A stretch of DNA of 64,000 nucleotides, from NCBI GenBank assembly GCA_947175335.1, contig CAMWMF010000002.1, positions 47,969 through 111,968 of the forward strand. Direction: 5' to 3'. Below, one piece after another: positions 32,357-41,477 of the stretch (position 1 is the first letter of the stretch; each line of letters opens with the position of its first letter). The notes under the pieces were generated by a model. That model was given only the letters and a program-made list of their open reading frames with translations. It was not told the origin of the DNA and ran no database searches. The DNA is from an uncultured Clostridia bacterium (GTDB lineage Bacteria > Bacillota > Clostridia > Christensenellales > Pumilibacteraceae). Position numbers and translations under genes: made by a program.

Positions 32357-33895
32357 CTACATCATCGGCGCAATTAGTCGCAATACGCTCCTCGCCAAGC
32401 GGGTCGTGGGCAGGACGTCATTTACTTGTTCGGCGGTCATTTGCTCGCTGACTTCGAGCGTGTTCATGTAATCGGTTTTCATATCGGCAATGGTATCTAC
32501 GTTATACAGTATCGCGCCGTCCTCGAAGTGCAGGTAGAACGAGCGGTAATCCATATTGCACGTGCCTATAAACGCACGCTCGTCGTCGACAATCATCATT
32601 TTGGCGTGAATGAACCCCGGCGAATATTTGTACACCTTTACCCCAGCCTTGACGAGCACGGGCACAAACGACTTGGTAGTTTGGTACACTATTTTTTTGT
32701 CCGGCTTTTTGGGAATGATTATCCTAACGTCCACGCCCGCAAGCGCGGCGCCGACGAGAGCGGTTTGGATTTCGTTGTCGAGTATAAGATACGGCGTGGT
32801 AATATACACATACCGCTTGGCGGTGGATATCATATTAATAAACGCGCTTTGTATAAGATGCTCGTCCCGTCCCGACGGTCCCGACGACAGCGGTTGCACA
32901 AACCCGACGGCTTCCGCTCTCTTTGTCGCGGTCAAATACGATTGATAGTCGAGCATACCCTTGTTGGAAATAATGCTCCAAAACGACAAGAACATTATCG
33001 TAAAGCTGAGCACGGCGTCGCCGACAAAGCGCATATGCGTGTCCTTCCAGTGCCCGAACCGCTCCACTTTGTTAGCGTACTCGTCGGCTATATTGTTGCC
33101 GCCCGTGTACGCTATTTCGCCGTCGATTACGGTGATTTTTCTGTGCGAACGGCTGTTGAGCCGCATATCGAAGGACAGCGTTATCTTGTTGAACGGCAAA
33201 ACCTCTACGCCGCCCGCACGCAAGCGCTTTATCCCCTTTTTGGGCAAAGTGAACATACTGCCCACGTCGTCGTACATGACCTTAACTTCCACGCCCGCCG
33301 CAGCGCGCTCGATTAGCGCGGCTTCTATCTCGCTCCAAACCTGTCCGTGCTCGTAGATGAAATACTCCATAAGTATGAACTTTTTTGCAGCCTTGATGTC
33401 GGCGAGCATTGCGGGGAAAAACTCGTCGCCCAGCGGATAGTACGTAGTGGTCGTGCCGCCATATACCGGATACGATCCCGAATTAAGCACCAAGTCGGCG
33501 CACGTCGTGCCGGTAGGATTGGCAACGCCGCGCTCGCTTAGAAGTGTACCGTTTGTCATATTGAGCAGCACCTGCGACACGTCGGACGCGCGGGCTAAAC
33601 GCTTGCGCACCCGCCTAGGCGTATGTTGCCTGCCTATAAACAAATACACAAGCCACCCGAACGCCGGCGCAAGCAGTATCAAAACGCACCAGCTCAATTT
33701 GTATGCGGGGTTGATGTCCCGCGACACAATGTACAAGCATATCAAAAAACTGACAAACTCGAATACCAGCCACACCCACCAAATTTGCGCGGCGGCATAC
33801 AATACGCCCACCACTATGAGCGTTATTTGTACAAAAAACGACAGTACGGTAATCGCCGCTTTTTGGGATAGAAGTTTGATTAGTTTTCTGAACAC
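32357..33895 (-). CDS. cls: Cardiolipin synthase
   Basis: Two HKD motifs (HRKITVID, HAKMMIVD) and N-terminal TM/PLDc_N. Confidence 0.95.
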   Translation of the reverse strand: MFRKLIKLLSQKAAITVLSFFVQITLIVVGVLYAAAQIWWVWLVFEFVSFLICLYIVSRDINPAYKLSWCVLILLAPAFGWLVYLFIGRQHTPRRVRKRLARASDVSQVLLNMTNGTLLSERGVANPTGTTCADLVLNSGSYPVYGGTTTTYYPLGDEFFPAMLADIKAAKKFILMEYFIYEHGQVWSEIEAALIERAAAGVEVKVMYDDVGSMFTLPKKGIKRLRAGGVEVLPFNKITLSFDMRLNSRSHRKITVIDGEIAYTGGNNIADEYANKVERFGHWKDTHMRFVGDAVLSFTIMFLSFWSIISNKGMLDYQSYLTATKRAEAVGFVQPLSSGPSGRDEHLIQSAFINMISTAKRYVYITTPYLILDNEIQTALVGAALAGVDVRIIIPKKPDKKIVYQTTKSFVPVLVKAGVKVYKYSPGFIHAKMMIVDDERAFIGTCNMDYRSFYLHFEDGAILYNVDTIADMKTDYMNTLEVSEQMTAEQVNDVLPTTRLARSVLRLIAPMM

Positions 33896-33972
33896 TTTAT
33901 CACCTGTATGTAGTATTTAACTTAATCATTGTACCATACAAAGATTGATTAGTCAATTATGAATTCGGCATT

Positions 33973-34003
33973 AAAAAAGCCCTGTCATAAGACAAGGCTT
34001 TTT
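33973..34003 (-). terminator. Terminator of lipoprotein 1 (AAAAAAGCCCTGTCATAAGACAAGGCTTTTT)
   Basis: Stem with A/U tails; near-identical copies at 35809, 37817 and 41418. Confidence 0.85.
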
Positions 34004-34019
34004 GATTGTGGTTGTTGTT

Positions 34020-35288
34020 TTATGCCGGAGTGACCGTGACTTTTTCTCCGTCAAACGAGAATGTGTATGTGCCCGATTCAATTACCCAGAAGTTATCGTC
34101 ACCCGGATACTTGGTGTAACCGGCGTCGGCATTAGCTACCCAGCTTGTGCCGCTACCGTCGCTTGTTCCGCCGTTACGAATTTTCAACCAACCTGTATTG
34201 GTTACGTACACAGTAGCTGTCCAAACACTGCCGTTTTGGATAAGCTCTACGCCGTTACCCCAACCGCCGCCGGGAATACCTTCGCCTACGAGCCAAACGC
34301 CGGACGACCCGATTGGTTTCACATCGTCGCTTACATCACCGCCGCCACCGCCGCCGGGAATGCCTGCCCAAATTTGCCACTTGTTGCTGCCGTTGGTGGA
34401 ATCTTCTTCAGACTGCTTAATGGATACCGTGTACGTGCCGGCTTCGGTTACGGTGACTTCCGGCAGATTGCCGGTTACGTCGATATTCGTACCTTTTTCT
34501 TCAAGCTTAGCGCCTGCGTCTACCCATACAACAGCTATGGTTACGCCTTCAAGACTGAACTTAAGTTTATCACCGGCCGAAAGCGTAATGTTCTCGGCGT
34601 AATAATCGTAAGCCAAGCCTTCCGTAGAACCCACAGAAAGAGTAGCAACTACGTTGTTGCCAACATAAACTTTGTTGCCGCCTTCCTGTTGTACGCCACC
34701 CGTGTACTGTGCGTACAGCGTAGTATTCTTATCGAATACCGTTTCCAAAGTTACGGCAGTGCCGCCGGTTGACTCAGTGTACCAGCCGTTGAACGTGTAA
34801 CCGCTATTTGCCGTAACGCGGGGCAGGCTTGTAAGCTTGCCGTTTGTCGTTTGCACGTAGTTGGGCGTTAGCGACATTGTGCCGTCAGTGCCTACCATAA
34901 ACGTTATGGTGTATTCCGTGCCCGGCGTCGTGCCGTTATCGGTATAACGTGCATAAATCGAGCTGTTTTTGGTGAACGTCGTGGCGGTAGTTACTTTGGT
35001 GCCGCCAGTAGCAGCGTCGTACCATGCGTCAAACTTTTTGCCGTTGGGCGCCGTAGGCGTGGGCAAAGTGGAAAGCTTGCCGTTTGTCGTCTGCGCCGTA
35101 GCAGGCGTGCCGGTGCCCTCACCGTACACGAACGTTATGGTGTATTTGCCTGTGGTTGTGGTCGGGTCGTTGCCGCCGCCACCACCCAGAATGTCACCGG
35201 CGTCTTTGTCGCACGCGACAAAACCGAATGCCGCAAGTACGAACATTGTTGCGGCAAGTACCGCGATCAGGAGTCTTGATTTCTTCAT
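34020..35288 (-). CDS. Surface lipoprotein 1: 2 InlB-B/Listeria-Bacteroides repeats + SusE/F-like modules (422 aa)
   Basis: Lipobox FVA-C; two YTITF...GKLxxLP...FxxWY...GG...IYAxY repeats; C-terminal module WLVGEGIPGGGW. Confidence 0.85.
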   Translation of the reverse strand: MKKSRLLIAVLAATMFVLAAFGFVACDKDAGDILGGGGGNDPTTTTGKYTITFVYGEGTGTPATAQTTNGKLSTLPTPTAPNGKKFDAWYDAATGGTKVTTATTFTKNSSIYARYTDNGTTPGTEYTITFMVGTDGTMSLTPNYVQTTNGKLTSLPRVTANSGYTFNGWYTESTGGTAVTLETVFDKNTTLYAQYTGGVQQEGGNKVYVGNNVVATLSVGSTEGLAYDYYAENITLSAGDKLKFSLEGVTIAVVWVDAGAKLEEKGTNIDVTGNLPEVTVTEAGTYTVSIKQSEEDSTNGSNKWQIWAGIPGGGGGGDVSDDVKPIGSSGVWLVGEGIPGGGWGNGVELIQNGSVWTATVYVTNTGWLKIRNGGTSDGSGTSWVANADAGYTKYPGDDNFWVIESGTYTFSFDGEKVTVTPA

Positions 35289-35373
35289 ATTTCCCTCATG
35301 AAAAAAATTTTTTTAGCAAACACTCAAAAAGAAAACATCTATCCCTTTTTATGCGTTTACTACTGTATTTGTT

Positions 35374-35402
35374 ATTATATCACTACTTGTATAATATGTC
35401 AA
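35374..35402 (-). promoter_or_regulatory. sigma70 promoter of lipoprotein 1 (TTGACA-17-TATAAT)
   Basis: Perfect consensus. Confidence 0.8.
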
Positions 35403-35557
35403 TACCCAAAAAGAAAAATTTCGACTAAATTTTTACCTACTTCTTTTGGAAAAGAAGTAGGCAAGAAAACTTTTAGTGTTGTGTATTTACTTAGTTATTT
35501 GTTTTACTTTTCGCCCAATCAATTACGTGACAATACATATTGCTTGACGCCTCTATG

Positions 35558-35809
35558 TAATTATGAATGCAGAATGCAGAATTATGGATGGTAATAACAA
35601 AACATGTTTGCGGCGGTTCGCCTAGATTTCTCGACAAGCTCGAAATACCTTCGTTGCTTCGTAGGATGGCATTATGGCTTTGTCTTTTCGAATAGCTATG
35701 CTGTTTACCCATCACCCCGACCAACGCGGAGGGGTCTAGGCGTAGCCGCACAATTCTTAATCTTATCCTTATTTTTAATTCCGAATCCCGAATTCATAAT
35801 TCCGAATTA
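35558..35809. repeat. Heptamer-armed palindromic element, core type A with flipped shell (copy 3)
   Basis: Arms AATTATGAATGCAGAATGCAG / CCGAATTCATAATTCCGAATTA; same core orientation as copies 1, 2 and 4. Confidence 0.88.
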
Positions 35810-35839
35810 AAAAAGCCCTGTCATAAGACAGAGCTTTTT
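35809..35839 (-). terminator. Terminator of lipoprotein 2
   Basis: AAAAAAGCCCTGTCATAAGACAGAGCTTTTT. Confidence 0.85.
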
Positions 35840-35855
35840 GTATCGATTACTTATA

Positions 35856-37718
35856 CTATTTATTCAAAAAAATGTCGCCTGTGGTCGGGTTGAAGAAAAT
35901 GTTGTAAACATTCCCTTCCTTGAACACAATGTTGCCGTCGGCGTCCGTTTCCACCCAATCCTTATTGCCCCATTCGGCATGGACGTTGGCATAACCGTAC
36001 GACTGGCCGCCGAAAACGATTTTTACCTTGCCGCCCGCTTCGACGGTAAAGCCTTTAACTATGTATTCTTCGGTCGGTTTCTCGGGGTTTGGTATCATCT
36101 CGTAGCCGTTGTCGCCGTCAAACTCCTCGCCGATAAACCCGCCGACAAGATAATACTTGCTGCTGTCCACCGCGCCGTAGGTGTAGCCGTCTATATCCTT
36201 GGTAGGCTCGGGCTCTTCTACGTCGGAGATTATTTCAATCTTGCCGTTAACAAGCTTTATCTTATAAGTGCCTGCGATATTGAGTACGAAATTACCGTCG
36301 CCGTCGGTGGTAACGTAACCCTTGCCCTCAACAATATCACTCCTGCCGAGCGCGCTGTCCCAATCTATACCGCCCGTTATATTAGCGCATTTAACCAACT
36401 TAAATTTAACGGGCTCCTCGCCGACAGTCAAATCTTTTTCGCCAGAGGTCTCGCCCATATATCCGTCCTCGGTACAGCTCCCCCACTGAAGGAATTCTGC
36501 ACCCTCGCCGACAATATAGTAGTGATTTTTAAAAATCTTGATATCGGGCTCTTCCAATTCTGAGGTTATTTCGATCTTGCCGTTTTTAAGCGTTATCGTA
36601 TAGGTACCGGCAGTTTTGAGTATAACGTTATTGTCGCCGTCTGAAGAAATGTATCCGAGGCCGGCGGCTACACTGTTCACGTCGAGTACGCTGTCGTCCC
36701 ACAATATAGCGCCACTCTTGCCGTTTGCGCACTTGGCAAGCTTGAACGACACAGCGGCACTGCCGACAGTCAGTTCGATACTGCCCGAGGTCGCGCCTAT
36801 ATACCCGTCTGCCGAGCATTCGTTCCAACCGAAGCCTGCGCCTACAAGATAGAAGTGGTTTGCTTGGAAAGGTATCGTACCGTCGTCGGCTTCTATTTTC
36901 CAATCGCCGCCTTCGGCATAGTACGCAAGCGTAAAATCAAACGTGCCCTGCTTTGCCGCGGTAAACTCGCCTGTTTTTTCGGTAACAGCCTCCATGCCAA
37001 GCCAAATGGCGCCGCGCTGCGCTTCTATCAATTCTACGTCGACGTAGAACGAAATAGCGTTGCCTTCGTTTAGCTCGACGTGTACGGTATACGCCTGTTC
37101 CGCACCTTCAACCGTTGTCGCCGTAAGCATATGCTTGGTGCTGCCGACATAACAGTAGTTATTGCGCTCGGCTATAGTGGACTTATAACGCGCGTAAATA
37201 GTGCACGATTGATTGAACGTTGTATTGGTGGTGATATACTCGCCGCCCGCTTCCGCCGTGTACCAGCCGTTAAACACGCAGTCTTGCGGCACTGTCGGAG
37301 TAGGCAAGGAAGTGAGCTTGCCGTTTACCGTTTGCGCAGATGCGGGCGTGCCCGATCCGTCGCCGTAATCGAACGTAACAGTAACCTCGCCGGCGCCGGG
37401 CGTATACACGGCATACACGACTTTGTCGTCCGTAAACTTTTGCGACTTGAAATTTATAATAGTGTCATCGCCCTTAGAAAGCGACCAGCCTTGAAAGGTA
37501 TAGTCGGCTTTGCTTGCAGCAGGGATATCGCCTTGAACGAACCCGCTTGCGTCGGTCGTTAAAGTTTTGCTGCCGCTGATCGAACCGCCGTCGGCGTCGA
37601 ACGTAACCGTGTACGTGTTGCCCGTTGAATCGTCGTCGCCGCACGCTACAAGAGCGCAAGCCGCAGTCGTAAACATTGTTGCGGCAAGCGCCGCGACTAA
37701 GAGCTTAGATTTCTTCAT
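35856..37718 (-). CDS. Surface lipoprotein 2: InlB-B repeats + SusE/F-like modules (620 aa)
   Basis: Lipobox LVA-C; two B-repeats; modules FYLVGAGFGW, YYIVGEG...W, YYLVGG. Confidence 0.85.
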   Translation of the reverse strand: MKKSKLLVAALAATMFTTAACALVACGDDDSTGNTYTVTFDADGGSISGSKTLTTDASGFVQGDIPAASKADYTFQGWSLSKGDDTIINFKSQKFTDDKVVYAVYTPGAGEVTVTFDYGDGSGTPASAQTVNGKLTSLPTPTVPQDCVFNGWYTAEAGGEYITTNTTFNQSCTIYARYKSTIAERNNYCYVGSTKHMLTATTVEGAEQAYTVHVELNEGNAISFYVDVELIEAQRGAIWLGMEAVTEKTGEFTAAKQGTFDFTLAYYAEGGDWKIEADDGTIPFQANHFYLVGAGFGWNECSADGYIGATSGSIELTVGSAAVSFKLAKCANGKSGAILWDDSVLDVNSVAAGLGYISSDGDNNVILKTAGTYTITLKNGKIEITSELEEPDIKIFKNHYYIVGEGAEFLQWGSCTEDGYMGETSGEKDLTVGEEPVKFKLVKCANITGGIDWDSALGRSDIVEGKGYVTTDGDGNFVLNIAGTYKIKLVNGKIEIISDVEEPEPTKDIDGYTYGAVDSSKYYLVGGFIGEEFDGDNGYEMIPNPEKPTEEYIVKGFTVEAGGKVKIVFGGQSYGYANVHAEWGNKDWVETDADGNIVFKEGNVYNIFFNPTTGDIFLNK

Positions 37719-37752
37719 TGTTTTCCTCGATAAAAATTATTTGTTGTTAATT

Positions 37753-37781
37753 ATTATACCACTGTAATTTGAATATGTCAA
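37753..37781 (-). promoter_or_regulatory. sigma70 promoter of lipoprotein 2 (TTGACA-17-TATAAT)
   Basis: Perfect consensus. Confidence 0.8.
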
Positions 37782-37784
37782 TAC

Positions 37785-37847
37785 AATTCCGAATTCCGAA
37801 TTCATAATTCCGAATTAAAAAAGCCCTGTCATAAGACAGAGCTTTTT
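37785..37847. repeat. Heptamer arm (solo) abutting terminator of lipoprotein 3
   Basis: AATTCCGAATTCCGAATTCATAATTCCGAATTA followed by a terminator identical to 35809-35839. Confidence 0.85.
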
Positions 37848-37868
37848 GTGTTGATTAGCTGTTACATG

Positions 37869-40800
37869 TTAGGCCTGAACAACGCCGGGCGCAACACTGC
37901 CGCCGCCGACGGCATATGTTATAACCCATACATTTCCACTAATTCCGCTCAAATCTGCGGTTTTAGAAGAATCGCCGCCCTTGTTGATAAGGAACTTAAC
38001 GTTCGACAACGTACCCGTTAGCGTCATTTCCGACGTGATAACCGTACCGGGGTAACCCGCAGTGGCTATACCAGACCATGCATATATACGGAAAGTAGAG
38101 TTATTAGCAAGGTCTACTATATTATCGCCTTCTTTAATATAGAGCTTAATTGATTGCCCATTGACAGTAATGGTTGCGCACTTACCGGCGTCCGCCGCGG
38201 AAATAACTATTGCGTCGCCTATTTCGATTTCCTTTGATATATCTAATTCAACCCAACCGTCTTTGTAAACCTTGTAGTGAATTTCGTAGTTGCCCGCTTC
38301 GAGATCGTAATGGTCGGTACCAGTTTGACCATACTGATTATAACCAAACTTCTCAACGCCGTTAATCTTAAGCGCATTTATATTCCTCACTGCGCCACCG
38401 GTTGCGTTTTGAGCCCAAAGCTTGATTGTGGTAGTTTTTGTAAGCTCTAACTTCACATTGTAATACTCGGCTTCATTTTTTGTGGCATCGGGCGTACCTG
38501 CTGTGAGCTTCGTGAACTCATCGCCGACTTTGATGTACTGTCCGACATCCAAATCGTCAGGATCCTCGGGGCTAGGTCCGGGTTGCTCGCTCGCCGCGAA
38601 GTTAATCCAAACGCTGCTACCGCCGTCCGTACCTATTTTAAGGTAGAACGTGAACGTGCCAGCTTTTAAAGCTTCCAAATTGCTGCCCTTCCAGTCGATA
38701 TTCTCGCCTAAGCAACCTTCCTCAACGTTATTGAAGCTCCATTCGTTTTCTTGGTCGTTGGTTTTGAAGATTTTAACTTGATCGCCGACAGCCAACGGAA
38801 CTTCCACTTTGTACTTTTTCGCAAGTGTTTCATTTGCGTCGGGATCTATTTCTCCGAACTCGTAGCCTTTTTCGGCACTCCACTTGTTATCGCCGCCTAC
38901 GGTGCCGTACAAATAGAACTTGGATTCACCCGGTTGCGGAGGAGGCGTAGGCTCGGTTTCGGTCGTGCCTTCTACCCAAACACGCCAGCCACCTTGCTGG
39001 TCTGCACCGCCGTCGGTGTAATACTGCAAATAGAAGTCGTACGTGCCGTCTTTCGTTATCGTGAACGATGTCGCTCTGGTGTTCGCGCCGCTTATCGCAA
39101 CGTTCTCTTTCTTTTCAAGCCATACTTCGACTGCCGTGCCATTTATCTTGAAGCTTACCGTATCGTCCTTGGAAAGCGCCATGTCTTTGAGCATGTACTC
39201 TTTCGTCATGGTTTCGTTGATGGGTTCGCCTTGCTCGTTTTCGTGCGAGATGTTGGCAGTGTTATCCGTCATCGTCGTGTCGTTGACTTTCGCTACTTCG
39301 GTTGTAGGTCCGGGAGGAGGCGTAGGCTCGGTTGACGTTGTGCCTTCTACCCAAACACGCCAGCCGCCTTGCTGATCTGCGCCGCCGTCGGTGTAATACT
39401 GCAAATAGAAGTCGTACGTGCCGTCTTTCGTTATCGTGAACGATGTCGCTCTGGTGTTCGCGCCGCTTATCGCAACGTTCTCTTTCTTTTCAAGCCATAC
39501 TTCGACTGCCGTGCCATTTATCTTGAAGCTTACCGTATCGTCCTTGGAAAGCGCCATGTCTTTGAGCATGTACTCTTTCGTCATGGTTTCGTTGATGGGT
39601 TCGCCTTGCTCGTTTTCGTGCGAGATGTTGGCAGTGTTATCCGTCATCGTCGTGTCGTTGACTTTCGCTACTTCGGTCGTAGGTCCGGGAGGAGGGTTCG
39701 GGATGTCGCCGCCCTGCTTTACAAGGTCAACGCGTACCCAGCCGTCGTTATAAACCTTGATGTACGCAATGTACGTTCCCACGGTGGGTACTTTAAGGTT
39801 GCCATTTTCTTCGACAGGCAACGCCACATCGGGAGTGCCGGCAAGGAATGCTTGGTCGAAACCTATCCACGCGCCATCATCCGTGTTATCGTCTTCCCAA
39901 ACCTTAATTTCTTGGTCGGCTTCGGTCGTAGTAAACTCTACCGAATACTGCTCTTTCATATTGTTTGCGGTATCGGCGTCTATTTCAGTAAGCTTAATAC
40001 CGTCGCCCCAATTGTTCATGCCACCTTTCAAGTAAAGGTTGCGGTCACCCTGAGGAGGATCGATAGGGCCGGGGCCGGGTTCGCCGGGTACGCCTATCCA
40101 TACGCAGTACTCGCCGTTTGCGACTTGGTTGTCGTACTGGCATACAGTTACTTGATATACACCACCGAGTTTGACAGTAATGGTATTGGGTGTGCCTTGC
40201 GTTAATTCAAGCGTATCGCTGCTTCCACCGTCAAGCCACATTTGAACGTTAGCGTTGTTCTCAACGGTAAACGTAAGTACCTGACCGGTAGTGAACGTAA
40301 TATTGTACGCCGCCCATTCTTTTTCGCGCGTGGGGAATTCTTGCTTGTTAGGCGTAACTTGTTCCAAATTGGTAAGAAGCGTGCCGTCGGCATAGACATC
40401 GTTGCCCGTTGCTTCAAGCGTAGGTCCGGGGCCGGGTGTTACTTTTTCGACATACTGTGCCGTGACCGAAGTCGATTTTGTGAACGTGGTGTATGACGTG
40501 ACCTGATTGCCGTCGGCGTCTTTCCAGCCCGTCCATTCCCAACCGTCATTGGCGGTGACCGTAGGGAACGTTTTTACTTTTCCGTTTTCCGTCTTTACGG
40601 ACGTTTCGCCGCTGAGCGTGCCGTTCTCGCCCGCAAGGAACGTGATGTCGTATTCATCGGTGACAATGGGTCCGGGAGGCGTAGGGGTATCATTTTCTTT
40701 GAATACCGCGTAAACGGAAATACTTGCGTCAAACTTATGATTGTTGAAAGTATTTGACGTAATAGTCGGAACGGTTTGACCCGCCGCAAGTCCCCAGCCC

Positions 40801-41084
40801 AAGAACGTATAGTCGTCCTTGTTCTCTTTCTTTTCCGCCTCGGGCATTGTGCCCTCCAGCTTGCCGTCCTTGTTGGTTGTCAACGAGTTGCCCTGGATTT
40901 TGGTGAGCTGAGCGTCGGCGCCCGGTACAAACGTAATAGTATACGACGTGTCCGTAGGCGTGTTGCCCGGTTGTACACCACCGGTCGGCAATTCAACACC
41001 GTCGCCGCACGCTACCAATGCGCCCGCCGACGTTGCAAACACCGCTGCTGCCAATGTCGACAACAATAATTTGCGTCTTTTCAT
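37869..41084 (-). CDS. Surface lipoprotein 3: InlB-B repeats + multiple SusE/F-like modules (1071 aa)
   Basis: Lipobox LVA-C; Pro-rich linkers; modules LYLKGGMNNW, FYLYGTVGG..KW; internal 125-aa duplication. Confidence 0.85.
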   Translation of the reverse strand: MKRRKLLLSTLAAAVFATSAGALVACGDGVELPTGGVQPGNTPTDTSYTITFVPGADAQLTKIQGNSLTTNKDGKLEGTMPEAEKKENKDDYTFLGWGLAAGQTVPTITSNTFNNHKFDASISVYAVFKENDTPTPPGPIVTDEYDITFLAGENGTLSGETSVKTENGKVKTFPTVTANDGWEWTGWKDADGNQVTSYTTFTKSTSVTAQYVEKVTPGPGPTLEATGNDVYADGTLLTNLEQVTPNKQEFPTREKEWAAYNITFTTGQVLTFTVENNANVQMWLDGGSSDTLELTQGTPNTITVKLGGVYQVTVCQYDNQVANGEYCVWIGVPGEPGPGPIDPPQGDRNLYLKGGMNNWGDGIKLTEIDADTANNMKEQYSVEFTTTEADQEIKVWEDDNTDDGAWIGFDQAFLAGTPDVALPVEENGNLKVPTVGTYIAYIKVYNDGWVRVDLVKQGGDIPNPPPGPTTEVAKVNDTTMTDNTANISHENEQGEPINETMTKEYMLKDMALSKDDTVSFKINGTAVEVWLEKKENVAISGANTRATSFTITKDGTYDFYLQYYTDGGADQQGGWRVWVEGTTSTEPTPPPGPTTEVAKVNDTTMTDNTANISHENEQGEPINETMTKEYMLKDMALSKDDTVSFKINGTAVEVWLEKKENVAISGANTRATSFTITKDGTYDFYLQYYTDGGADQQGGWRVWVEGTTETEPTPPPQPGESKFYLYGTVGGDNKWSAEKGYEFGEIDPDANETLAKKYKVEVPLAVGDQVKIFKTNDQENEWSFNNVEEGCLGENIDWKGSNLEALKAGTFTFYLKIGTDGGSSVWINFAASEQPGPSPEDPDDLDVGQYIKVGDEFTKLTAGTPDATKNEAEYYNVKLELTKTTTIKLWAQNATGGAVRNINALKINGVEKFGYNQYGQTGTDHYDLEAGNYEIHYKVYKDGWVELDISKEIEIGDAIVISAADAGKCATITVNGQSIKLYIKEGDNIVDLANNSTFRIYAWSGIATAGYPGTVITSEMTLTGTLSNVKFLINKGGDSSKTADLSGISGNVWVITYAVGGGSVAPGVVQA
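38940..39695 (-). repeat. Intragenic tandem duplication, 375-bp period
   Basis: Two near-identical units (PGPTTEVAKVNDTTMTDN...GGWRVWVEGTT) with only a few nucleotide differences. Confidence 0.95.
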
Positions 41085-41138
41085 TTTTTCCCTCTCTATG
41101 AAAATAATTTGTTAGGTACAGTACTCCTAAGTGTATTA

Positions 41139-41167
41139 ATTATACCACCAAGAAGTACTGTTGTCAA
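41139..41167 (-). promoter_or_regulatory. sigma70 promoter of lipoprotein 3 (TTGACA-17-TATAAT)
   Basis: Perfect consensus. Confidence 0.8.
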
Positions 41168-41204
41168 TACATTATATGAAAAAAATTTACATAGTTTTAC
41201 TGTA

Positions 41205-41418
41205 TAATTCGGAATTCGGAATGCAGAATGCGGAATTAAAGCCCTAATCCGACTGCGCCATAGGCGCAGCCACCACCCCATACCCCCAAGGGAAGGTTAT
41301 CAGTGGTACAGCTTATCCACGTGATGACCTTCCCCGTGGGGGAAGGGTGACCACGAAGTGGTGGATGAGGGGCGACCTTTTTGATAATTCCGAATTCATA
41401 ATTCCGAATTCCGAATTA
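41205..41418. repeat. Heptamer-armed element, core type B
   Basis: Same arms; core ACCTTCCCCGTGGGGGAAGGGTGACCACGAAGTGGTGGATGAGGGGCGA is the near reverse complement of 52948-52997. Confidence 0.88.
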
Positions 41419-41452
41419 AAAAAGCCCTATCTCTTTTGAGATAAGGCTTTTT
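41418..41452 (-). terminator. Terminator of lipoprotein 4
   Basis: AAAAAAGCCCTATCTCTTTTGAGATAAGGCTTTTT. Confidence 0.85.
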
Positions 41453-41477
41453 GATTGTTTGTTTTTATGCGAAACGT

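Noticed and set aside
32133-35810. Small ORFs 32133-32321, 35491-35751, 35604-35810, 41096-41281 and 49580-49865
   Set aside because: They are translations of the repeat elements (IPNS/NSEF-type runs) without an RBS.
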